Assembly (NCBI RefSeq): GCF_965232925.1
Contig: NZ_CBDDRA010000001.1
Span: forward strand, 64,001 to 128,000
Direction of reading: 5' to 3'
DNA length: 64,000 nucleotides
Origin: Tumidithrix helvetica PCC 7403
Lineage (GTDB): Bacteria; Cyanobacteriota; Cyanobacteriia; Pseudanabaenales; Pseudanabaenaceae
A model generated the notes under the pieces. It did not search any database. It was not told the origin of the DNA and was given only the letters and a program-made list of their open reading frames with translations. The translations under genes were made by a program, and so were the position numbers. Below, piece by piece: positions 10,213 to 20,026 of the stretch; the stretch's first letter is position 1; every line of letters starts with the position of its first letter.

Positions 10213-10680
10213 TTATTTCTCTCCAGGAATAGTATTGATCGCGAGGGTTTCAGGTTGTTGAGCGGCATGGGGATGACTGTCGCCACTGTAAACCTTGAGC
10301 TTGGTAAATAGTTGACGACCAAGAGTGTTTTTAGGCAACATACCTTTAACAGCAACCTCTAGAGGACGTTCTGGTACGCGTTTGATTAGCTTATCAAAGG
10401 TTTCTTCTTTCATCCCGCCAGGGCGACCAGAGTGACGTCTGTAGAGCTTTTGAGAAGTTTTTTTGCCAGTCAGAGCGATTTTGTCTGCATTGATTACAAC
10501 CACAAAATCACCCATGTCAAGGTGAGGTGTGTAAGTAGGCTTGTTTTTGCCGCGTAAGATCATGGCGATCGCGCTAGCAAGACGACCTAAGCGTTGACCA
10601 GAGGCATCAACGAGATACCATTTTTGGTCTGGTTTCTTAGGTAAAAAGGTTCTGTTTTCGTTAAAAGAGTTATCTGTCAT
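10213..10680 (-). CDS. rplM: 50S ribosomal protein L13
   Basis: 155 aa; [16 protein letters not shown]...KIALTGKK. Confidence 0.95.
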   Translation of the reverse strand: MTDNSFNENRTFLPKKPDQKWYLVDASGQRLGRLASAIAMILRGKNKPTYTPHLDMGDFVVVINADKIALTGKKTSQKLYRRHSGRPGGMKEETFDKLIKRVPERPLEVAVKGMLPKNTLGRQLFTKLKVYSGDSHPHAAQQPETLAINTIPGEK

Positions 10681-10765
10681 GGGATTTCAGTCATTAAGTA
10701 AAAATCAGGAATCAAGAACGAAAGACTTTTTAGAGTTGGGCGAGAAGTGCTTTACTTCATCTCTT

Positions 10766-11611
10766 CTAAGTAATCATCGTTAGCACCTCTCGGTTAGCAA
10801 CCTCTTGCTTGAAGAATGGACTATTATCATAACCCACTCCTAACAAGCAAAGTCCTTGAGGCGGGGCAGCATACTTCACATCATTACGTCGCTGCTGTTG
10901 CCAAATATTTGTAAACTCTGCCACGCTCAGACGCGATCGCCCCACCTCCACAAGTAGCCCCACTAACAGGCGGATCATGCCATAGAGAAAGCCACTGGCT
11001 TGCATCTCCATAAACACAAAATCCCGTTCGCGCCAGCACTTGGCTTCTTGAACCGTCAACCAAGCATGGGGACGTTTTGAACCCGCACGCTGTAATGCCG
11101 AAAGATTTTGTTCTCCTAGCATCGGCTCAAGCGCTGAGTGCATGAGTTCCTGATCGAGGGTGTGGAGATAGTAGTGCCAACTGTAATCTCGCACAAACAG
11201 ATTGGGAATTGCCGCCGTAAAGATGGTGTAGCGGTAACGCCGCCAGACAGCAGAAAATCGGGCGTGCCAGTTGCTAGGAACCCCCACAGATTGCCGAATC
11301 AGAATGTCTCGTGGCAAGTAACTATTGAGTATTTTTGACCAACGGTCTGGTGGCACAGGACTATGGGTGTCAAAGTGCGCGACTTGAGCCAAGGCATGTA
11401 CGCCTGTATCCGTCCGTCCCGCCCCATGTAGCACCACAGTGTGTCTGCAGATTTGTGTCAAGGTATCCTCAATCGTTTGCTGTACGCTCTGATGATTTGC
11501 CTGTCTTTGCCAACCATAAAAATGCGTGCCCAAGTATTGAATGACAAGGGCAACTCTCCGAGTAGGGAGAGAGGGCATGGGTAGAGGGTCAACGTGAATC
11601 ATAGTAGTCAA
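10766..11611 (-). CDS. truA: tRNA pseudouridine(38-40) synthase TruA
   Basis: 281 aa; YLGTHFYGWQRQ...GAGRTDTGVHA catalytic-Asp motif. Confidence 0.9.
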   Translation of the reverse strand: MTTMIHVDPLPMPSLPTRRVALVIQYLGTHFYGWQRQANHQSVQQTIEDTLTQICRHTVVLHGAGRTDTGVHALAQVAHFDTHSPVPPDRWSKILNSYLPRDILIRQSVGVPSNWHARFSAVWRRYRYTIFTAAIPNLFVRDYSWHYYLHTLDQELMHSALEPMLGEQNLSALQRAGSKRPHAWLTVQEAKCWRERDFVFMEMQASGFLYGMIRLLVGLLVEVGRSRLSVAEFTNIWQQQRRNDVKYAAPPQGLCLLGVGYDNSPFFKQEVANREVLTMIT

Positions 11612-11680
11612 CAGACAAAAGACAGAACCTTCTGCCTTGAGCGCGATCGCTTCGGGTGTTTCTAGAGGATGGTTTGTAAT

Positions 11681-12112
11681 TTAAACGAGCTGGATGATTG
11701 CCATTTCAGCATTGTCACCACGGCGAGGCACTGTGCGCAGAATGCGGGTATAACCCCCTTCGCGATCGCCATAACGGGTAGGAGCTTGCTCAAACAACAA
11801 ATCGACGAGGCGCTTCACCTGCTCATCGTCTGGAAGTAGCTTGGTTTTGGCAGTACGCATTTGGGGCTTAACAGGTTCCCCTTGCTTGACGGACTTGTTA
11901 TAGAGATAGGCCAGCACTTGACGACGCGCGTGAAGTGAGCCGTTTTTGGCAAGGGTAATGATGCGATCGGTTGTAGCACGAATCGCATCGGCTCTAGCTC
12001 TGGTTGTTTTGATTTCACCTCTGAGGATCAGATCGGTGGTAAGCGTGCGAAGCAGGGCTTTACGCTGATCGGCTGGTTTGTTGAGTTGGGGAGTTTTACA
12101 ACGGTGACGCAT
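11681..12112 (-). CDS. rplQ: 50S ribosomal protein L17
   Basis: Begins [24 protein letters not shown]...; position after rpoA. Confidence 0.9.
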   Translation of the reverse strand: MRHRCKTPQLNKPADQRKALLRTLTTDLILRGEIKTTRARADAIRATTDRIITLAKNGSLHARRQVLAYLYNKSVKQGEPVKPQMRTAKTKLLPDDEQVKRLVDLLFEQAPTRYGDREGGYTRILRTVPRRGDNAEMAIIQLV

Positions 12113-12184
12113 GATTTTCTTAGGGTCTAGACTAAAGTTTCAAAGATTTTTGGTGAGTACCAAAGATTTTTATACGGACTTGCT

Positions 12185-13138
12185 TTATACGGGCTTGGGG
12201 GTCTTAGATTCGGGCAGGGTTAAACCGAGATGGCGCTTTAGAGCCTCAATCACCTCTTCAGCTGACTTTTGACCAAAGTTTTTGATCTCTAGCAAATCGT
12301 CCTGGGTGTACTCTAAAAGATCGGCCACGGTATTGATCTGAGCGCGTTTGAGACAGTTATAAGCTCTGACCGAAAGCTGCAACTCTTCAATATGAATTTG
12401 TTTGGTTTCATCTTGATCGTCTGATGGCTCAGGACGAGAGGGAACCAAGGTGATTTCTTGTAAAGGCGAGAACAAACCTACCAAAACGCTTGCAGCTTGG
12501 CTTAGTGCTTCTTGAGGCGTAATACTGCCATTTGTCCAGATCTCAATACTGAGGCTCTCTTTGTCAACACCCTCACCAATTCGAGCATCTCTGACATCGT
12601 ATTTCACCTTATTCACAGGCATAAATACCGCATCAATCTTGAGCGAATCAATTGGGGAATTGTGATCCTCTTTAGAACGGTCAACAGAGCGATAGCCTTT
12701 GCCTTTCTCAATGGTTAGCTCCATCTCAAGGGTTGCCCCTTCGCAAAGGGTAGCAACGTACTGATCGGGATTGACTACTTCTATATCAGAAGGCAAAGGG
12801 TGAAAATCTCCTGCTGTAACGGTTGCAGGACCTCTTGCCATCAAGCGCACAATTTGAGGTGCAGAACTGTAAGACTTAAGTACTAATTCTTTTAAATTTA
12901 AAAGGAGATCCAGTACATCTTCACGCACGCCTGGAATGGTAGCAAACTCGTGGTTTACTCCAGCAATACGAACGACAGTAACAGCCGCACCTTCCAGATT
13001 AGAGAGTAGTACTCGCCTCAGGGCATTACCGACTGTAATTCCTTGCCCTCTTTCCAAGGGTTCCAGTACAAATCGGCTGTACTGGCTGTTGGTCTTATCC
13101 GTATAAGATTCAATACACTCAACCTGAAATTGTGCCAT
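12185..13138 (-). CDS. rpoA: DNA-directed RNA polymerase subunit alpha
   Basis: 317 aa; N-terminal dimerisation domain GNALRRVLLS, C-terminal domain present. Confidence 0.95.
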   Translation of the reverse strand: MAQFQVECIESYTDKTNSQYSRFVLEPLERGQGITVGNALRRVLLSNLEGAAVTVVRIAGVNHEFATIPGVREDVLDLLLNLKELVLKSYSSAPQIVRLMARGPATVTAGDFHPLPSDIEVVNPDQYVATLCEGATLEMELTIEKGKGYRSVDRSKEDHNSPIDSLKIDAVFMPVNKVKYDVRDARIGEGVDKESLSIEIWTNGSITPQEALSQAASVLVGLFSPLQEITLVPSRPEPSDDQDETKQIHIEELQLSVRAYNCLKRAQINTVADLLEYTQDDLLEIKNFGQKSAEEVIEALKRHLGLTLPESKTPKPV

Positions 13139-13267
13139 TTTTTCACCGATATAGTCTGAACAAGTAAAAATAGAAGCCAGAAATCAAGAAAAAAGCACCA
13201 ATGCCTTTCTTGTTTCTTTGTCTGGTTAGATACTCTACCTATCTAAATACCACTGACAGTCCAAGGA

Positions 13268-13663
13268 TTAAACGCGACGACGCTTGGGTGGACGGCAGCC
13301 GTTGTGAGGAATGGGTGTAATGTCGCGGATCAAAGTAATCTCTAATCCAGCGGCTTGCAATGCTCTAACAGCTGTTTCCCGCCCAGAACCTGGACCTGTC
13401 ACCATCACTTCTACTTGGCGCATCCCTTGTTCCATCGCTCGTCTAGCTGCGGATTCGGCGGCAGTTTGCGCGGCAAAAGGAGTGCCTTTCTTGGCACCTT
13501 TAAAACCACTGGCACCAGCAGAAGACCAAGAAATCACATCTCCGCCCGTATCAGCAATTGTAATAATGGTGTTATTGAAAGTGGACTGCACGTAGGCAAT
13601 CCCATTGGGTACGTTGCGCTTTTGCTTGCGCACTCCAGTCCGACGCGTTGGTTGGCGAGCCAT
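13268..13663 (-). CDS. rpsK: 30S ribosomal protein S11
   Basis: 131 aa; [16 protein letters not shown]...[13 protein letters not shown]. Confidence 0.95.
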   Translation of the reverse strand: MARQPTRRTGVRKQKRNVPNGIAYVQSTFNNTIITIADTGGDVISWSSAGASGFKGAKKGTPFAAQTAAESAARRAMEQGMRQVEVMVTGPGSGRETAVRALQAAGLEITLIRDITPIPHNGCRPPKRRRV

Positions 13664-13871
13664 AGTTTAGTTCTGAGCCTCAGTAGTTATTTCAGTAGGT
13701 TTTATGGGGATGTTTTAACAGATGATTACCCAACGTTCGATCGAGCAGTTAAGGGTAGGTCATCAGTTATTAAGCCAGAAACTATGTATGTCACAAGTTG
13801 CTGACCTAGTTGAGATTTGAGTTGAGATTTGAAATAGGCAGAGATTGTCAATGACAATGTAAATCCAAACT

Positions 13872-14255
13872 CTATTTCTTAGCAGGAGCTTTCTTCTTAC
13901 CTGCAACCGTACGACGACCACCACGTCGAGTCCGAGCATTGGTTCTTGTACGTTGACCGCGTACAGGCAACCCTAATCGATGTCTTCTACCTCTAAAGGT
14001 ACCAATATCGACTAAACGCTTAATATTCAAGCCCTCTAGGCGGCGCAGATCTCCCTCAACTTGATAGTTGGTTTCAACCTCGAAACGTAAGGCAGTTACC
14101 TCAGCGTCATCAAGATCTTTAACTCTAGTGTCAGGGTTAACTTTTGTAGTTGCCAGAATCTTCTGAGCACTAGAGAGCCCTATGCCAAATATATACGTCA
14201 ACCCGATTTCGACGCGCTTTTCACGAGGAAGGTCTACCCCAGCAATGCGAGCCAC
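13872..14255 (-). CDS. rpsM: 30S ribosomal protein S13
   Basis: 127 aa; [26 protein letters not shown]. Confidence 0.95.
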   Translation of the reverse strand: MARIAGVDLPREKRVEIGLTYIFGIGLSSAQKILATTKVNPDTRVKDLDDAEVTALRFEVETNYQVEGDLRRLEGLNIKRLVDIGTFRGRRHRLGLPVRGQRTRTNARTRRGGRRTVAGKKKAPAKK

Positions 14256-14344
14256 TATGTCATCTCCCTAAAATTATGTTGAATCTATTTTTTGCCGACG
14301 CATGTTGACGTTTCCGTGGAAACGCAGTTTACGGCGAACTCTAT

Positions 14345-14373
14345 AATATATTAACTACGGTCGTTTGTGTCAA
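14345..14373 (-). promoter_or_regulatory. Candidate sigma70-type promoter for the rpsM-rpsK-rpoA-rplQ transcript
   Basis: Minus strand reads TTGACA-17 nt-TATATT, about 90 nt upstream of the rpsM ATG. Confidence 0.3.
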
Positions 14374-14734
14374 CCTTATGCATTTAATGATGCTAATTTC
14401 TGAATTTAATCGCAACAGACTAAATTTTTAAGCGCTGATTAAAGCTCGTGCAGATTAGGCTTTAAACGCCACAAGACAACAAAGAACCTTAAGCCAAATA
14501 TAACAGTACTCAGACTATTTTTAGACTGGACTAATTATATCAGGAGCCTAAGTTGTTGATTTGGGCGATAAAACCTAGAGAATCGATCGCGTAAGCTCCA
14601 GTCAACCCCAATGCCTAACAAATATAAAAATCCTTACAAAAATTACTTGAATGCCACATATCCTAAAATCTACCTAAATGGGTAGTTCGAGATAGGAATC
14701 ACGCGAAGGTTTTTGTAAGGATCTTAAGTTTTGC

Positions 14735-15340
14735 TTAAATATCATTCTCAAGCGTTGCTACCCCTGAAATTGGGCGATAGGTATAACCGCTATTGTGAGG
14801 TCTTGACACTTTCATAATGTCTTCTTTGATTGCCTCTAAGTCAATGTAGCGATCGGCTACGTTGATCAGATGGTCGCTCGTCATAGAACGCAGGCTAACA
14901 ACTTCTACCCGCACGCCTCGATAGCTAGTTGCGTCTACAGCATAGGCAAGATCGCCATCCCCACTAACGAGAATCGCCGTATCATACGAGCCGACCAAAG
15001 CCATCATGTCTACGGCTATTTCTACATCAAGGTTAGCTTTTTTAGAACCGTCGGGTAGTTGGACTAATTCTTTTGAGATCACACGGTAGCCATTCCGACG
15101 CATCCAGAGTAAGAAGCCCTGTTGTTTTTCATTGGTGCGATCGACCCCTGTATAGAAAAATGCCCTTAGAAGTCTTGAGCCTTCAGTCAAGCGCCATAAG
15201 AGTTTGGTGTAGTCAATCTCGATCCCCAGTTGTAATGCCGCATAAAACAGGTTGGAGCCGTCAATGAATATGGCGATCCTCCCCCGATTTTCCATCACTT
15301 GCTCTGGTGTAAATGCAGAGTCATTTTCAAAATTTAACAT
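14735..15340 (-). CDS. NYN-domain protein (LabA-like, DUF88)
   Basis: RIAIFIDGSNLFYA and LVSGDGDLAY motifs, characteristic of LabA/NYN proteins. Confidence 0.8.
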   Translation of the reverse strand: MLNFENDSAFTPEQVMENRGRIAIFIDGSNLFYAALQLGIEIDYTKLLWRLTEGSRLLRAFFYTGVDRTNEKQQGFLLWMRRNGYRVISKELVQLPDGSKKANLDVEIAVDMMALVGSYDTAILVSGDGDLAYAVDATSYRGVRVEVVSLRSMTSDHLINVADRYIDLEAIKEDIMKVSRPHNSGYTYRPISGVATLENDI

Positions 15341-15703
15341 TGGTTTGCCTATAAAAGTTTTGTTAATAAAAGTTTGATATTAAAGCTAATGACTTCTAAA
15401 TATGTAGATCGATCGTTGATACTTTCGATCGCGCGTTTGTAATCGCTCAAAAGTTGTTTGTGATTGGGGTACGTATGGAGTATTGGCGATCTATATATGG
15501 GAAACAGACGACAAATCCAGAAAATAAAGTATCAATTCCTAGACTGAGACTATATTTAATACTTTGTTAAAACCAAATATTCACTAATATTTTTAATTAA
15601 TTGATGGGTTAATCAATCGATCGCAGGTTCAAACTAAGTAACTAAGTAGAGTATATCATGTAAGTAAATATGCCTAGGTGCGTATAAAATACTAGATTGC
15701 CCC

Positions 15704-17287
15704 TTAAACTTTTTGAGAATTGGTGGCTGCTTGAGTCTCAATCCGCTGAAAAATTGGCGTTGGTGAGTGTAAAGATGCCCCTTCGGTTAGTATTCCCCAC
15801 TTGCAATGAATCCAATCAGGTGGTAAAGCTTCTTGAAAATCTAATCCAAGTTGACGATAAATCTCCGAACTTAGTTTCGGGGTGACTGGCGATAAAAGGT
15901 AGGCAGCAATGCGGACGGACTCTAAGATCGTATATAAGACCTCATTGACTTCTGCCTGCTGTCCTGCCTTAAAGAGTTTCCAAGGAGCCGCATCATCAAT
16001 TAATTTGTTGCATTTCCAGATCAAATCTAAAATATTGTTGCAGGCAGATTGAAAATCAAGATTGCTGTAGTTGTCGGCGACGCGATCTCCCAACGAACTA
16101 GCAGTCTCAATCACCGATACTACCAATTCACGCAATTCACTCGCTGTAGAAACGGGTACAACCCCATGACAATATTTGCCGACCATGCCAAGGCTGCGGT
16201 TGAGCAAATTACCTAGGCTATTGGCTAAATCGGCATTGACGATCGCGATAAACCGTTCTTCATTGAAATCTCCGTCGCGACCAAATTCGATTTCCTTAAG
16301 GAAATAATAACGAACGGCATCCGCCCCAAAGCGTTTGACCAGATCGTAAGGATCGATCGTATTGCCCAGGGTTTTGCCCATCTTGAGCCCATCTTTAGTC
16401 AGTAAGCCGTGACCAAAAACACGTTCGGGGATAGCTAACTCTGCAGACATCAACATAGCTGGCCAATAAATCGCATGAAAGCGCAGAATGTCTTTGCCAA
16501 TAATATGCACCTTGAAGGGGAACCAAGTTTTGAGGGCGTTCTCTAGGGTAGGTTCATCTTCAGGGTCGAGTAAAGCAGTGATGTAGCCCAGCAGGGCATC
16601 GAACCAAACATAGATGGTATGGCTGGGATCGGTGGGCATTGGGAAGCCCCAATCTAGGTTGACGCGAGAAATGGAAAAATCGGTTAAACCCTGTTTGACA
16701 AAACCTAGAACCTCATTGCGACGAGCCTCAGGTTGAATGAAATCGGGGCGATCGCGGTAGAGCTGTTCTAATCTGTCTTGATATTTGGACAGCCGAAAGA
16801 AATAGTTGGCTTCATCGCGCCACTCACAGACAACGTTGGTATGAATCGGACAGCGATGCTCGTCGAGCAGTTCTCTTTCTTCTTTAAATTCTTCACAGGC
16901 AACACAGTACCAGCCCTGTTGTTGGCTCAGGTAAATATCGCCTGCCGCATAGACCCGCTGAAAAAATTCATTGACGATCGCTTGATGTCGCGGTGCTGTG
17001 GTTCGAGAAAAGCGATCGTAGCGAATATTTAATTGCTGCCAAAGGGCTTCAAATTCACTGACGACGAGATCGCAATGCTCTTGAGGGGTGCGATTGAGTT
17101 TTTCGGCAGAGCGTTGAATTTTTTGCCCGTGCTCGTCCGTACCTGTAATGAATCGGGTTGGATGCCCCTTGAGTCGATAAAAACGTGCCAAAGCATCCGC
17201 CGCAATCGTGGGATAAGCACTACCGATGTGAGGGAGAGCGTTTGCATAAAACAGGGGAGTGGTCAGTGCGACGGGTTCAAGGGACAT
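15704..17287 (-). CDS. metG: Methionine--tRNA ligase (short form)
   Basis: 527 aa; class I HIGH region (FYANALPHIGSAY); KMSKS-like KMGKTLGN; anticodon-binding C-terminus. Confidence 0.9.
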   Translation of the reverse strand: MSLEPVALTTPLFYANALPHIGSAYPTIAADALARFYRLKGHPTRFITGTDEHGQKIQRSAEKLNRTPQEHCDLVVSEFEALWQQLNIRYDRFSRTTAPRHQAIVNEFFQRVYAAGDIYLSQQQGWYCVACEEFKEERELLDEHRCPIHTNVVCEWRDEANYFFRLSKYQDRLEQLYRDRPDFIQPEARRNEVLGFVKQGLTDFSISRVNLDWGFPMPTDPSHTIYVWFDALLGYITALLDPEDEPTLENALKTWFPFKVHIIGKDILRFHAIYWPAMLMSAELAIPERVFGHGLLTKDGLKMGKTLGNTIDPYDLVKRFGADAVRYYFLKEIEFGRDGDFNEERFIAIVNADLANSLGNLLNRSLGMVGKYCHGVVPVSTASELRELVVSVIETASSLGDRVADNYSNLDFQSACNNILDLIWKCNKLIDDAAPWKLFKAGQQAEVNEVLYTILESVRIAAYLLSPVTPKLSSEIYRQLGLDFQEALPPDWIHCKWGILTEGASLHSPTPIFQRIETQAATNSQKV

Positions 17288-17395
17288 AAGGAAGTACGTA
17301 AAGTTGAGAAAAAACTTAAAAGCAAAAACTGGAATATAAACTATCTCTAAGATTTTAGGCGCGATCGCACTGCCTTAGCGGGTTTTATCTGATTT

Positions 17396-18331
17396 TTATC
17401 GTTCGACAAACTGTACTCGTCGATTTAAGAGGTTCATGCCACTTGAGATGAAGAGGCTTATACCCAAGTAGATGCCCATCAACAATAGAACAACGTTTAC
17501 GGGTCTGCCTGTTTGGTTGAGCGTCGTGGAGGCGATCGCATAGACATCCTCAAAACCAATCGCGATCGCGAGGCTAGAGTTTTTGGCAATATTCAAATAC
17601 TGGCTGGTCAGCGGCGGAATAATCACGCGCAAAGCTTGCGGCAACACGATCAAACGCATCACCAGTCCAGATTTTAAGCCTAGGGCTTTGGCAGCTTCTG
17701 TTTGACCTTTGGGAATAGCTTGGATGCCGCCCCGCACAATTTCAGCAATAAACGCACTGGAAAAGGTGGTTAACCCAAACACCAAAGCAGAAAACTCTGA
17801 GGAGAAGGTCGTTTGGAACCAAGGTAGCTTTACACCTTCGATCGATAATGATATCGCCCCTAAATTAATCGGTTCGCCAGTCTTGGGGAGAGATAGAAAA
17901 ACTGCTGAATACCAAAAAAAGAGTTGCAGGAGTAGTGGCACATTCCGAAACAGTTCGACGTAAACAAGCGCGATTTGACGCAGAAGCCAATTTTTAGACA
18001 ACCTAGATACGCCAGCCGTAATCCCAAAAACGGTAGCTGCTACTACCGCCACCACGGAGACCTTGAGCGAATTGAGCAGACCAATTACTAGAGCGCGACT
18101 ATAGCTGTCAGAGGGTTGATAGGCGATCGGGGTTTCGCGCAGATTAAAAGAAGCTTGAGAATTGAGAAAATCAAAACTCAACTCAAAGCCCAAATTTCGT
18201 AGATTTCGCCTCAGGTTTAGCCAAGCAGCCGTAGCGATCGCGATCGCCAAAATCGCAAACACAATTTGCAAAGCAGTGCGCCAATTCCAAAGATGTTTAA
18301 AGTGATTAATGCTGTTAGAGCGACTGACCAT
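17396..18331 (-). CDS. Amino-acid ABC transporter permease (polar amino-acid/His-Glu-Gln-Arg family)
   Basis: EAA-like loop AKALGLKSGLVMRLIVLPQALRVIIPPL; multiple TM segments. Confidence 0.8.
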   Translation of the reverse strand: MVSRSNSINHFKHLWNWRTALQIVFAILAIAIATAAWLNLRRNLRNLGFELSFDFLNSQASFNLRETPIAYQPSDSYSRALVIGLLNSLKVSVVAVVAATVFGITAGVSRLSKNWLLRQIALVYVELFRNVPLLLQLFFWYSAVFLSLPKTGEPINLGAISLSIEGVKLPWFQTTFSSEFSALVFGLTTFSSAFIAEIVRGGIQAIPKGQTEAAKALGLKSGLVMRLIVLPQALRVIIPPLTSQYLNIAKNSSLAIAIGFEDVYAIASTTLNQTGRPVNVVLLLMGIYLGISLFISSGMNLLNRRVQFVER

Positions 18332-18603
18332 GCTTGACTCACTGTTTAAAAAACTAGAGCGATCGGGTTTCGTTTGATTATTTTTACATACAACTAAATG
18401 TTATTTGGCAAGCCTAAATTCAGCGATGAAATATCACTCGAGAGGAGCAGGTTCACTACTCGGCATGGTTTTCACAAAATAGGAAGCCTAACTGTCCTTT
18501 CGGCGTTTTTGGCAATGCGTACTTTGAGCAAAAGGTTTAAACAATCTGTAGCTTAGCTTGATTAATCTAAAATAGAAATAAAACAACAAAAAGGAGAATT
18601 ACT

Positions 18604-18846
18604 ATGGATACCGTCAAAATCGAAATTTTGGGTACGGGCTGTAAAAAGTGCCAACAGTTAGAGAAAAATGCTAAACAAGCAGTGGCGAATCTGAATCTCG
18701 CTGCCGAGGTTCTGCATATTACCGATCCTGTGGAAATTGCCATGCGTGGCGTAATGTCTACCCCCGCAATGACCATCAATGGCAAGGTTGTCAGCAAAGG
18801 GCAAGTAATTAGTGCAGAGCAAATTCAACCGCTATTGCAACGTTAA
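18604..18846 (+). CDS. Thioredoxin-family small redox protein (redox-active disulfide protein 2-like)
   Basis: 80 aa; CKKC redox pair; AAGGAG SD. Commonly paired with DUF318 permeases. Confidence 0.75.
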   Translation: MDTVKIEILGTGCKKCQQLEKNAKQAVANLNLAAEVLHITDPVEIAMRGVMSTPAMTINGKVVSKGQVISAEQIQPLLQR

Positions 18847-18858
18847 AGGGATAAAACC

Positions 18859-19857
18859 ATGTTCGATCCGTTTTATCCCTTTGATTGGTTAGCAACTCAG
18901 ATTGTCACAAAGCTTTTGGGGCTAGAAATCGCCTCACATTTAGGCTCAAGCCTACATTTCTTCCTTTACGATGTGCCAAAAGTTTTAACTTTGCTGATTG
19001 TGATTAGCTTTATTGTTGGAACATTTCAGAGTTTTTTAGAACCAGAGCGAGTACGTTCTTTGTTAGAAGGAAAGCGCACTTTTGCTGGGAATGTTTTGGC
19101 AGCGCTCGTGGGAATTGTCACTCCATTCTGTTCTTGTTCGGCAGTTCCTTTATTTATTGGATTTTTAGAAGCAGGTGTTCCTTTAGGCGTAACTTTTTCC
19201 TATCTGATGGCAGCACCAATGGTGAATGAAGTCGCTGTAATCCTATTGTGGGGATTATTTGGACTTAAAGTAACGCTGATTTATATCGGTTTTGGTGTTG
19301 GCTTAGCGATCGCTTCTGGATATATCATCGGACTTCTTAAACTAGAAAAATGGGTCGAACCATTTGTTTGGGAACTGCAAAGATCTCGTCAAGGTATGGT
19401 TCCCGATGATGAAGACAATCTGGAACCCGTTGCGCTGACTTGGAATCAAAGATTTGAGCAAGGCAGATTTCAATCTAGCGAAATTGTGCGATCGGTGTGG
19501 CTTTATGTGGTTGGAGGGATTGCGATCGGCGCAGGGATTCATGGTTATGTGCCGACCGACTTTATTGTCAAATATGCGGGTGTTCATAACCCTTTAGCAG
19601 TGCCACTTGCCGTAGTTTTGGGCGTGCCACTCTATGCGAACATCGCGGGCGTGATGCCAATTACCGAAGCTTTAGTCAATAAAGGAATGCCTATGGGTAC
19701 AGTTTTAGCTTTTACAATGGCAGTAACAGCACTATCTCTTCCTGAAATCGTGATCCTTAAAAAGGTACTGCGTCCTCAACTGTTAGCCGTATTTGTTGGT
19801 CTAATGACAGTTGGTATTATCAGCATTGGCTACATATTTAATGCTCTACTTCTGTAA
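18859..19857 (+). CDS. DUF318 (ArsP-like) permease
   Basis: 332 aa; the conserved CSCSAVPL motif and two 4-TM repeats. Confidence 0.75.
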   Translation: MFDPFYPFDWLATQIVTKLLGLEIASHLGSSLHFFLYDVPKVLTLLIVISFIVGTFQSFLEPERVRSLLEGKRTFAGNVLAALVGIVTPFCSCSAVPLFIGFLEAGVPLGVTFSYLMAAPMVNEVAVILLWGLFGLKVTLIYIGFGVGLAIASGYIIGLLKLEKWVEPFVWELQRSRQGMVPDDEDNLEPVALTWNQRFEQGRFQSSEIVRSVWLYVVGGIAIGAGIHGYVPTDFIVKYAGVHNPLAVPLAVVLGVPLYANIAGVMPITEALVNKGMPMGTVLAFTMAVTALSLPEIVILKKVLRPQLLAVFVGLMTVGIISIGYIFNALLL

Positions 19858-20026
19858 CTCAATGTGAGTTCTATAAATGCGCTTTACGCCGCACAAAGCA
19901 AAGACACAAAGCCAACCAGCTCCTGTCATAAAATAGGAGTAGATGATCATGGCATCAATTACACCAGCCACTATGGTTTACGGATCAGCTGACATTTTCC
20001 CCAATTCGCTTGTAGAAAATCTACTG

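Noticed and set aside
13664-14735. Searched for rpmJ (L36) between rpsM and rpsK and upstream of rpsM, and for rpmE (L31) downstream of rpsI (9232-9795).
   Set aside because: No ORF in any minus-strand frame resembles MKVRASVKK... or MPKPDIHP.... They are absent from this window.
19940-20026. 28-aa ORF MASITPATMVYGSADIFPNSLVENLLLL with AGGAG SD between the permease and GTPase genes.
   Set aside because: Too short and featureless to support. It abuts the 3' end of the convergent GTPase gene.
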